From assembly GCA_002269645.1 (NCBI GenBank), contig NIVC01000010.1, forward strand, positions 1,922,001-1,986,000: DNA of 64,000 nucleotides. Reading direction: 5' to 3'. Below, piece by piece: positions 51,322 to 62,684 of the stretch (the stretch's first letter is position 1; each line of letters begins with the position of its first letter). A program made the translations under genes and the position numbers. This DNA comes from Macrostomum lignano (lineage: Eukaryota). The notes under the pieces were generated by a model. That model did no database searches. It saw only the letters and a program-made list of their open reading frames with translations, and was not told the origin of the DNA.

Positions 51322-52368
51322 ATGCTATAGTCCTTTGGTGTGCTGATTTTTAGCTTCTAATCTACCGGTGCGAGATAGATTGGCCCCTGTTAGAAATCTG
51401 AATGGAAGCTTTTATCAGTTTCAAAATGAAAGGCACTTGTTTGGGTTGAATGGTAATCTAATCGATCGATAATTTATTTTGTGATGTTTTTCTGACCCCT
51501 CGCTCCTATTGGCTAGAGAAATAAAATGTCTGTTTAGTGTACATTGTACGTAGCGCTCAAACTCAGTTGAAGTCACGTGACTAAGTCATCTTGTTTGTTA
51601 ATAATGTGACTTGACTTTACCAACAACTCAGGCTTTAGCTACGTTGTTGCATTTAAAGTATAATCTGTCATTATTTGGTCTATATCCATACATCAAAGTT
51701 GATTAACTCTGTCAAAATCAAACAGGTTGAATCGATTGGCTATTTTTATTGCTATTTATATATTTTTAACAGTTAAGGACAATTGGCACGGGAGTTACAC
51801 CGATGAAATTTGTTGATTCTGTTGTGGAACTTTTCAGAGTAGCATACAATTAAATCTCTTGATGGACGTTCATAGGACAATAGGAATTAAAAATCCCGAG
51901 TTTTGCCAATACCGGGATTGAAAAGGTTTCAAGCAATTTTTGTTGGTAAGCTCAGGAAAATCACACTTGATTGTGATGTAACTTGGGGAATGATAGCTTA
52001 CACATGATGGTACTGATACGAGGGTAGAACAATATTAGACTATAGGGGCACCCGTCCTAGATGGAAAATTGGTAGCTTTGGTGTCGTCCGATAGCGAGGT
52101 CCCCCTGTTTTTTTTCACCTGACAAGTATTTCAGCTGCAGATACTGATGAATAATACTGACAATGAATGATTGAATTGCAAAGCGAGACGGGATCCAGGG
52201 ATTGTATTCCCTATGGGACAATTAGCGCAAAGGGAGACGTTAAGCTCTCTATCTCCTTTACTTTAGGGCATCTGTTGAACACGGGTGAGTAAATTTTACG
52301 ATTTGCGTAAAGCATCCTGTAGCATGACTACGAGCGTATGTACCCAAAAGTATTGAGTTGAACAACTA

Positions 52369-53395
52369 CACTCAATAACAGTCAAAACCGCCACTCTCTC
52401 ACCTCAACCGCAAGTGCCGTAACTTGCTCAGAGGCGTGGCTAATTAAGCTGTGGGGGAGTGAATGCAGGAGATCAATTTCATTTTATGCAAAACATTTGA
52501 GCGGTGCTGATTTGCTTAAGTTTGGACTGTCAGAGACTCAAATCCGAGTGTAACACTCCCGGGTCTGCAGCAGGGTGAAATGTAGCCATTTCCACCGCAT
52601 GCGTTTTAGCACATAACTCCATCTATGCACTTTCATCTGCTGATTCGCTAAACGCAGGCTACCAATAGCAGCCTAACATCGCGCTGTATTTCAATGCACG
52701 AAAGTACGAAGTAGTCCTTAGACCTCTCTTGGAACTCCCCTTGTACTTCTTACACTCTAGCCAGCTCACAGACCCTTTATCCATTTCCTCTACTTCCGAC
52801 TCATTGGCAAAATAATTAAAGACATTGATAGAAACCAAACCAATCAAATCTACAATTCACACCCGATCGACAAGCAATACAGGCATAGCCTCGAACACCA
52901 GATCAGCCGAGAGTACTGATAAGTATCGATATATTCCGTTTCTGACTGCTTCATAATTAGTACTTAAGAAGCTTACATCCTTTGTATTTACGTGAACTCC
53001 ATCAGTGATTTAGATTGGAATTATACCATCTCAAGAGAAGGTTTAACACCGCAGGAAAACACAGTCGGACTTGCCGCTCATTGTTTAATCTTAGAATACT
53101 CGGACGCAGATCCGACAGAGAGCTGAAACAACAACTAAAAGTATTACAAGGGCAGCAACTCTGCGAGGCAACCCCAGAACGCGGCGCGGCAGAAAATCCT
53201 GGCCATCCCGAAGCTTTCTTAAATCTAGACGCTTTAAGAAATCCCAGACATGTTCGATCGGGTTCATGTTCGGCCGTTCACCGAGAAGGCCATTGCAGAG
53301 TACGCAGCTGCAGCTTGCACTTGCGGTTGAGGTGAGAGAGAAGTCGCTCTCTCTCTCTCTCTCGGTAGAGTGGCTGTTTTGACTGTTTCTGAGTG
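52369..53395 (-). mobile_element. Non-autonomous Tc1/mariner derivative with transposase remnant
   Basis: TA flanks at 52367-52368 and 53396-53397; 29-bp TIRs CACTCA(AT/GA)AACAGTCAAAAC(C/A)GCCACTCT (26/29); frameshifted LQWPSR / PNMNPIEHVWDFLKR at about 53225-53300, matching the Tc1 WPSxSPDLNPIE motif. Confidence 0.8.
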
Positions 53396-53484
53396 TATTA
53401 GACAGCATGTCACTGGAATCTCAAGCGTTTACTAGAATATTAAGCGTATTCTCAGCATACTGATAATGGGAATCGCTGAGAAGG

Positions 53485-54185
53485 CAATGCTTGGGGGAAT
53501 TGCTAAGATGTCAAGGCTTACGGGGGGAATTGCTGAGATGTCAAGGCTTACGGGGGGAATTGCTAAGATGTCAAGGCTTACGGGGGGAATCGCTAAGATG
53601 TCAAGGCTTACGGGGGGAATTTCTGAGATGTCAAAGCTTACGAGGGGAATTGCTGAGATGTCTAGGCTTATAGGGGGGAATTGCTGAGATGTCAAGGCTT
53701 GGGGGGAATTGCTGAGATGTCAAGGCTTACGGGGGGAATTGCTGAGATGTCAAGGCTTACGGGGGGAATTGCTGAGATGTCAAGGCTTATGGGGGAATTT
53801 CTGAGATGTCAAGGCTTACGGGGGGAATTGCTGAGATGTCAAGGCTTGGGGGAATTGCTGAGATGTCAAGGCTTGGGGGGAATTGCTGAGATGTCAAGGC
53901 TTACGGGGGAATTGCTGAGATGTCAAGGCTTACGGGGGAATTGCTGAGATGTCAAGGCTTACGGGGGGAATTGCTGAGATGTCAAGGCTTGGGGGGAATT
54001 GCTGAGATGTCAAGGCTTGGGGGGAATTGCTGAGATGTCAAGGCTTGGGGGGAATTGCTAAGATGTCAAGGCTTACGGGGGGAATTGCTGAGATGTCAAG
54101 GCTTGGGGGGAATTGCTAAGATGTCAAGGCTTGGGGGGAATTGCTGAGATGTCAAGGCTTGGGGGGAATCGATAAGATTTCAAGG
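53485..54185. repeat. About 30-bp minisatellite GGGGGGAATTGCTGAGATGTCAAGGCTTAC
   Basis: Visible tandem repeat with length variants. Confidence 0.95.
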
Positions 54186-54876
54186 CTGAGACTAGGTCAG
54201 AAGCTACGTGTAGTTTATTTAAAAAATGTATTACATTCTATGTTTGCTCCTTAACTGGGAGCGGGGCGTAGATGGTTGAGTGTACTCAACTCTACTCAAC
54301 AGCCATCAGAAATTCAGCCATGTCATTTGTGACTAGTAACGTGTTAACAAACTGTGAGCATGCAAAAAATTTTTTACTCGTCGTATACTCTCGTAGCATC
54401 TTTGATCCCAATACGAACTCTTGGGGCTGTTAAATTTGCCAATGACATTGCTTGACTTACGTGACGCGAGGCAGCGTGAACTGTTAAGGGGCATTGCCGT
54501 TGCTGAGAGTATGCATGGTGTACTTTATAATTAACTGACTCATCAGCTAAATGCTAGTTATCACCGCCATCAAATCACACGACTAGCGTACAAAGCGATG
54601 TACATGTAAGAGCCACGTGATCCTGCGAAAATTGGCATACTTTTTGACATTTATTGATCGAATAATGATTATATTTTAATTCAACTGTACATTCCGGGCA
54701 AAACTGTACGTTTAAAGGTAATGAATTTACTGGTGGATAAAACTTGTGTTGACCACACTATTCCGGACAAAACAGTAAAACTGCACACAAAAATGAATGA
54801 CTTGTTTATAACTTTCATTTATAGGACGCCGATTTTCATCATTCATGGGTTAGAAGTTTTCATTTAATCCAAACAA

Positions 54877-57163
54877 ATGGCTCAAAAATCACAACAGATT
54901 TGTGTGCTTCTCACTGCACTGTTCAACATAAATGCACTTGTCTGTGCGGCATCGTCCAACAGGCACGAGTGGCAGGTTAGTCACGAGTTAGCCATAGACT
55001 ATGAGCACTTCACCGAGTCCCGGATCATATTTCGAGTACTCCCAGCCAACCAGACCACAGTGGGCGATCCCGAAGAGGATTCAACTCTGAAATCGGCTTA
55101 CCAGGGTCAGTCGCAGTCGTGCAGCGGTCGTGGAGCCAACCTGCCCTACAGAGACCTGCTGTTGAGTCCAGCGGTGCTTCATCTCATACTCGCCAGTTTC
55201 CGTCTAGACCAGCCTTCGTCTACGAACTATTCGAATTCAGCTCGATCATCGGCTCGGTACCTGTTCTTTGCCGACGATAAAAGACGAGGCGAGGGCGGTC
55301 AAACATCGGTATGGATGGCCGATTTTCGGCCAGACAAGATGGATATCAACTTCGATCAGATGACGAACGCCGATGCGATGCGATCGCCTGAGAAGCCGTT
55401 CTACATGGTGCACCTGTGCGTAAAGCTGCTGTCGCGGCTGAGACTGCCTCCGGAAGGTGCGGTGATCTGATATTTGTTATACTCGTAGTCACATATGCAG
55501 GTCAAATTATTGCCAAGTTTTCATCTCTCAAAGCTAGCGGTCCTTGTGTGTAGTAGCTCTGAGAGATAAAAAATTAGGGATTTCTGTAAGCCCGTAGTTC
55601 AAAACGGAAGAGGATTCTACGCCTAGAAATGGCGAACTTCGAACATTACTACAAAGTCTTTAAAAAGTACTTCATGTAGTTCTTTTTATTTAGTTATTCA
55701 TGCTGTCGCGTGTTTAACTTGAGCTGAGCTAATTTTACAATTTCTGCTATATTTTCATGACCAAAAGCTTTTATAGCAGACTTTGAACATAACAAAATGT
55801 TTTTAAAGCGTTTTAAACGCTACATGTACAGGTAGGAGCGTTGCCAAGGATTTTATGGTGGGGGGACAAAGCCAAGCATTTTACATGTATGCATGACTAA
55901 ATTCCTACAAGTTCATTTTTTTGCAAATCGGTATTTTCAGCGCTCATTTTGGCGCCACAGTCGACAGGCACTCTTTTTGGCGCCACAGGCACTCTTTTTG
56001 GCGCCACAGGCACTCATTTCGGCGCCACAGGCACTCATTTTGGCGCCACATGCACTCATTTTGGCGCCACATGCACTCATTTTGGCGCCACAGTCGACAG
56101 GCACTCTTTTTGGCGCCACAGGCACTCTTTTTGGCGCCACAGGCACTCATTTCGGCGCCACAGGCACTCATTTTGGCGCCACATGCACTCATTTTGGCGC
56201 CACATGCACTCATTTTGGCGCCACAGTCGACAGGCATTCATTTTGGCGCCACAGTCGACAGGCACTCTTTTTGGCGCCACAGGCACTCATTTTGGCGCCA
56301 TAGGCACTTATTTTGGCGCCACAGGCACTCATTTTGGCGCCACAGGCACTCATTTTGGCGCCACAGGCACTCATTTTGGCGCCACAGGCACTCATTTTGG
56401 CGCCACAGGCACTTATTTTGGCGCCATAGGCACTTATTTTGGTGCCCTAAAACAAAATTATTGATTTCCACACCGGGTCACAAAGTGTGGGTGGCTTTTA
56501 CTGGGGGGGGACATGCCCCCCCCCGGTGGCGACGCCCCTGTGTACAGGTACAGGTATATGTCATATGTTCTTCTGCAGAAGCCCAAACGACGTGGTAGAA
56601 ACTCAGATTTTGCAAAAGTATTTTGAATCGAAATCACGTGTTGACCATATGCATGCACGATCGTAAAAGCACAACTTGCGTATCACTTTGACATTTTAAT
56701 TCCTTTCGAGACTTTTTCACATGTAAGTCAGTTGTTTTGTGAAGTGGTGCATGCTTAATAGGACCTTCGAGTAGAAATGAAATTCGCGAGTTCAAAACCT
56801 GTCAATTTTAGTATCAATCACTCCGCAGACTCATCCGAAGTCAATAAATTACTGAACAGTCCAGTTCTGCCTCTGTCCATCGGTGCCAGCATACTCAGCT
56901 GTCTCTTACTGTGCTTGATGCTTTGGTCATTTGCCAGTCTGACACGCAGGCTGAGACGCTATCAGGAGTCAGTAAAGTTTGTCAGCAGCTATCAGTCAGC
57001 CGGGCATTTTGGCTGCAACAGCTGCAGCAGCCGGTCCAATCGAGTCCGGTACAACGGTTCCGTCAGCTTGCTGCAGAACGGCGGCTACAGCAGCATCGAC
57101 GCCCGGATGGAGCACGAGAGGCGAATGCAGCAGCAGCAACTATCGCCGTCGTTTTACTACTGA
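54877..57163 (+). CDS. Putative two-exon type I membrane protein (54877-55456 + 56829-57163; 304 aa), family not recognised
   Basis: Signal-like ICVLLTALFNINALVCA; AAG|GTGCGG donor and CTCCGCAG acceptor both phase 1; TM LSIGASILSCLLLCLMLWSFASL followed by RRLRRY. Confidence 0.6.
55833..56540. mobile_element. hAT-type MITE carrying an internal 21-bp minisatellite (TTTTGGCGCCACAGGCACTCA, about 55940-56450)
   Basis: 8-bp direct repeat TGTACAGG at 55825-55832 and 56541-56548; imperfect TIRs TAGGAGCGTTGCCA / CAGGGGCGTCGCCA (11/14). Confidence 0.8.
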
Positions 57164-57260
57164 GACCGCGGTTTTTTGTCATATTGGATCACACTTTTGA
57201 ATAGTATTGGATTTTCACTCGAGGCAAGTTTTCGCACGAAATTGCATTGAATTTTTTTTC

Positions 57261-57769
57261 CTAGCACTAAGCGCTCGCACAGATACTAAAATTAATAGAT
57301 GGGCCACTCAGGCATATATACTTAGCAAAACAGCTTTCTACTTTCAGTTCAGTAGCACAGAAGAATACATAAGCTGTTTTATAAAAATAAAGGCAGCTGA
57401 AATGACCTTGATAAGTTTAGAAGCCCAAGCTTGCAGGCGTAAACAACTTGCTAATTGGCTCAGCAATAATGTACATTGGCCAGTCCACTGAAATGTACGA
57501 GCGTACATGGCAGCTTTAGGCTGGAATTCCGAGAAAAGGAATAAAAACTGGGGCGGGGCGGGGGGGTAGTGTGGAAAGGCGCGGTTGGCGGGTTTAAGCC
57601 GGGGGTGAAGAGCCAATGAATGCCTTGGCTTTAAAAATACATTAAAATTCTTCTGTTTAACTTGCTACTGAACTGAAAGTAGCTTACACGCAAATTTGCT
57701 GAGTGGCCCATCTAGTTATTATCTAGGTATCTGTGACCGCTCGTATATCTATCGTTAAATTAGTGCTAG
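57261..57769. repeat. Degenerate long inverted repeat (foldback)
   Basis: Perfect reverse-complement blocks of 10, 9, 16 and 20 bp in nested order around a spacer of about 300 bp. Confidence 0.8.
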
Positions 57770-58584
57770 AAAAATATAAATTCTTAGTGAAATTGTACAT
57801 GATTTCCAAGTATGTATTTCTAGCTCTACATGTACTTTTATAGTTTTCAATGTACTCTATTGTGCAGAATCACGTCAACAATGATAAAAAATAAATTTAC
57901 CACTCAATATATATATAAAATATCCTTCGCTTTTCATCGGGATTTATAAACGAAACTAAATTTCGCCTAAAAATTTTTGTTTAAATAAATTGGCGTGTTT
58001 AATACCCAGATTATTATTGACATTTATAATGATATTTTGTATTTCTGAATCTTTTTTGTACATGTGTTCTTAAACTAATATTAAAAGATAAAAAACTCAT
58101 TTAAAGATTTGATTAACAATAGGAACCATCCTGATGCGCATTCTATTGTTTTCAAAAACCTAGGGTCGTTTTCTATTAATCACGCCACACTTTCTCTCTT
58201 GGTAAAGCCGTTCGTGTTTTCTGTGTCTGTGCGCGATCAGACCTTCTTCTCTTCTATCGTCTACCTTTTTTCTGGGCTTCTTTCCTTATAAGGATCTTTA
58301 AAGGGACTTTATTAACCTTTCTTTTTTCATTTTCATGAACCTCAGCCTTTTAACAGCTTTGACATTAAGCTCCTGAGCCGTTATTTCTGCTTGTTTCATT
58401 TCATTTTAATCATTTTAACAAAATCGGTCTCATCTACGATATTTCAAAGTTCTGGCAACTTTTTACTGTAGACTGTGGTTCACTAAGTAAAAGAGTTAAT
58501 CAAGCTCGACAGATGATAGGAAATCAACTTTTGTCGCCTCTTGGACGTTGATATCCACCTGGCCCTGGGAGATAGAGGTAAGAG

Positions 58585-59305
58585 TGCCAAGAGACAGGGG
58601 CGCTCACCAAGAGACAGGGGCGCCCACTCACCAAGAGACAGGGGCGCCCACCAAGAGACAGGAGCACCCACCAAGAGACAGGGGCGCCCACCAAGAGACA
58701 GAAGCACCCACCAAGAGACAGGGGCGCCCACCAAGAGACAGGGGCGCCCACCATGAGACAGGGGCGCCCACCAAGAGACAGGGGCGCCCACCAAGAGACA
58801 GAAGCACCCACCAAGAGACAGGAGCACCCACCAAGAGACAGGGGCGCCCACCAAGAGACAGAAGCACCCACCAAGAGACAGGGGCGCCCACCAAGAGACA
58901 GGGGCGCCCACCAAGAGACAGGGGCGCCCACCAAGAGACAGAAGCACCCACCAAGAGACAGGGGCGCCCACCAAGAGACAGGGGCGCCCACCAAGAGACA
59001 GGGGCGCCCACCAAGAGACAGAAGCACCCACCAAGAGACAGGAGCACCCACCAAGAGACAGGGGCGCCCACCAAGAGACAGAAGCACCCACCAAGAGACA
59101 GGGGCGCCCACCAAGAGACAGGAGCACCCACCAAGAGACAGGGGCGCCCACTCACCAAGAGACAGGAGCACCCACCAAGAGACAGGGGCGCCCACTCACC
59201 AAGAGACAGGGGCGCCCACCAAGAGACAGAAGCACCCACCAAGAGACAGGGGCGCCCACCAAGAGACAGAAGCACCCACCAAGAGACAGGGGCGCCCACC
59301 AAGAC
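58585..59305. repeat. 20-bp minisatellite CCACCAAGAGACAGGGGCGC
   Basis: About 35 units; variants GGAGCAC and GAAGCAC. Confidence 0.95.
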
Positions 59306-60604
59306 GTCCCTTAGGGTTGCGGCCAACTCCATTTAAAACTTCGATTCGTGACTCTTTTCAATAATGTGATCAAATTTTGTCTATGATAGAGAGAAAATAA
59401 TAAACCACAAATATTTCAATAATGCTTTGGCATGAGCGTAAATAGCACTTTGTTTTACTGCTTTCTAACCCGAATAAACATGCGATTGGGTGCTGTACGA
59501 AATACGAGCAACTTTATAATTTTTGTTTAGTTTTTCGGAATTATTAAAAAATTAATTATCATGATCAGAAAATTTATTACAGCGATCAGCGAAAATGGTG
59601 CATAAGCATTCCTGAAGGATTAAGATCTGACGAAGAAATTTAAATTAATTTAAAGCTTCCAGCGGTACAACATTTATACCTAGAGACACTAATAACAAAT
59701 TATTAAAGATGGCTGATTTACTTCAGCTGGAGTCGTCTCCAATCTTATCGAACTTCTAAATAATATAGCAACAGAGAATTTTCAAGTTTAAAAAAGCGGG
59801 AATTCCATTTTACCGTAATGATTGCGCATTATTTTTAAAACTTGTGCAACAAAAATAGTCATCTTTTTGTTTGTATTTGCGAATGTTTCTCAGAAAACGT
59901 GGTTATGGTTTTATCGAATAAAAAAAAAAATAAAAAAAAATCGGCCAATACAATAATAAAATTTTTGGTCTAATTAGGGAATTAAAAATCCTGAAGGAAC
60001 AAAGCCCAGAGCAGCACTTTTTGATACCTTTTGATAGACGGATACGCTTATGGCGCAGAAGGTGCATTTTTACCATCTACTTTTTGGGAAGCTTGAAAGC
60101 CGATGAGATTTAGCATGTGCGAACGTTTGCAGTTTATAAATATTTACGATTTGGGATTTTCCATAAACAAACTTTTTTTTTCACTTTTTTTGAAGTTGTA
60201 TAAAAAAACTACAAATCGAACAAAGCCATTTTTATCATTTCTGTTTCTGGAATACTTCAGAATGTGTACTTTTGTTTAGAGCAACAAAAATTATCGCCAT
60301 AACAACATTAGAGCTTTGATTTGTTTTTTAAATACTTTTTCCTGTGAATAAGCTGACCTTGATCTGATCCTTGATCTTAATTGACCCTTAAGTGGTGCTC
60401 GAGCCAATCAAAGGTCAAGAAATTTCAGCTGTATATTGCCAACCATTTAATCATGTCATTTTTAGTCAAGAAGAATGTTGTTGACTCAGTAATTATTTTT
60501 ACTTGCTTAATACCTGTTTATACAAAGCCCTCATTCTATACTTTTTTCTATAGCTCATTTTTGAGTTGAGTTAATAATTGTTATTTAAAAAATCTCTCCT
60601 CCAG

Positions 60605-61655
60605 TTACCATGTCCAGCCGCCGCCAGTCTCGCCCCAGAAGAAATTGTCTCGACGCTGAGTGCCGACCACCGTGTGGCCCTGCATGGCGGCCATCTGGGC
60701 GGCGTTCGGAGCGCAGCCCGGCGGCGGCGGCGGGATGCTGGCCTGGGAGACGCCGCCAAATCTGGCGCCGGGGTCGAAAGCGCCCTGAACTACCACTGTG
60801 GTGCTGGTTGATGGCATGGAGTACTGAGGTGGCTGGGCCGGACCTGCTGGATAGTATGGCTGCTGCGGCTGCTGCTGGTAGTAGTATGGTGGAGGCGGAC
60901 CAGACTGCTGCATAGGAGGGTACTGTGGCGGGTATTGTGGCGGGTACTGCGGCGGATATTGTGGCGGGTATTGCGGTGGGTACTGCTGCTGCTGCTGGTA
61001 GGGCGGTGCCCTAGCTCCAGATGATTTCTCTGCAGATTAGATTTGATTAATTGATGAGAGGGTTAGTTTATTTTAACAATAAGTATGCACATGTTACTTA
61101 AATTTTAAACTTATTACACTATTTTTAGCATTTTTTGTCACCTAGTACTAGAAACAAAGTCAATCAGGGGCCCTTTCTTGCCTCCCACCCTTAGCCATGA
61201 CAAAAAATTGGGCCATAGGCCATACTCTTTGGTCTATAACTATGCTAAGTATATTTTCTAATATTGGGTTGTTGTGCTTCTTGGTAGCTATAGCTTGCCC
61301 CTCTCCAAAAATTTTCTGGATTTGCCTTTAAAGTTATTATTAGGCTTTTATTTGAAAACACTCAAAATATATAAATTTAAACAAATAAACAATACAATAT
61401 GCTTGCTAGTGGAACCAATTTAGTTCAATGATCTATAAAGCTAAAATCAAAGTTTTGCCACTTTATTTTGAAAATTCATTAAAAATAAAACACATAAACA
61501 AAAAATAAAATAAAGAAAAATAAATAAATAATTCTAATGTTGCTAAAAGGGATAGGATAACTATACTGTGACTATAAAGAATATTGCTGATATATATAGG
61601 CAAAACTGTTTAAAAATGTAATATTACAACGACAAAGCAGCGTACCTTTTTGCAT
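60605..61655 (-). CDS. DAZAP2: DAZ-associated protein 2 homologue; exons 61655-61646 (MQK) and 61029-60605; 144 aa
   Basis: C-terminus VVVQGAFDPGARFG...IPPPPPGCAPNAAQMAAMQG..V.GTQRRDNFF.G..GGGWTW aligns with the DAZAP2 family C-terminal domain as I recall it. AATCTGCAG acceptor; the tiny first exon (G|GTACGC, phase 1) is less certain. Confidence 0.88.
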
Positions 61656-62684
61656 TCTGATAAACTTCTAGAAATCCAAAACAATAACTTGTCGTGCACA
61701 AGTAAATCTGCACTGCACCCGACGACGGCTCGACTCTCTAACTCTGACTTTTTATCGTATGAAATCTGACTTATCTGAGTGAATACGAAAACCAGTCGTA
61801 AATAAAAGTTAAAAAGGTACGGTATCATTTGACGCATTGCTTGGAAAAACAAAACCAGCAGACAGACAGTACAAAAAAGAGAAATAGATAGTTTAAAGAA
61901 GTTTTATGAAAAACGAATGAATTATCAATTGCATTTTTTAAAATTTGTATCTGAAGCCTTTGTGTCATATTTTTATATCATGTGCTTTTTACTATTTTCG
62001 GAACACCAATTTGTCACTTCATGTCAAAGCAGAATACGCAGCTATATAATGGACAGTAGGAGCACTAAAATTTTTGCAGAAGCTCCTAAAAAACAACATA
62101 GTAAAAAATGCTTTAATTGATGAGGATCACGCACTTTTTCCCAAATCCCGCGCTAGCACATGGGCTCTAAATTTACTTGCCTACTAACAGTGGGCAATGG
62201 GCATTTTTATCCTTTTTCTGCGAATTTTCATAGAATATATACTAGATATAATGTCTGGTCATACTAGTAGTCATAATAACATAGGCGCAGCTTTTTGGGT
62301 CATAAATCATCGCTTTCGAAGCTGGTCTGACAGCCAACCTGCGCCTCACTCAGTGTTGAAGCGTGCGCCAGATGGTCTGAGAGGATCCGGGCGGTAGCTT
62401 TTTTCTCATCATTTTGACAGGCCATCAAGATTTATGAGGTCAGAGCCTATTGTTCGTGTTCACTCAAGCGTGTGACAGCTTTGACAGCTATGCGTTTTAC
62501 CCCTAAAAGTACCTTGGGATTAGCGATTAGCGATTTCTCTTCATTATTTTCACTTTCTATTTAATAAGAGCTTTCTAATGTATATTTTTTCATTAATTTC
62601 TGTCAATCCTACGCGAAAGGTCATAAATCATTTTGTTGCGATTTTAAGTGATTTATGGCCGCACCTGTCATCTTTTTACGACCC

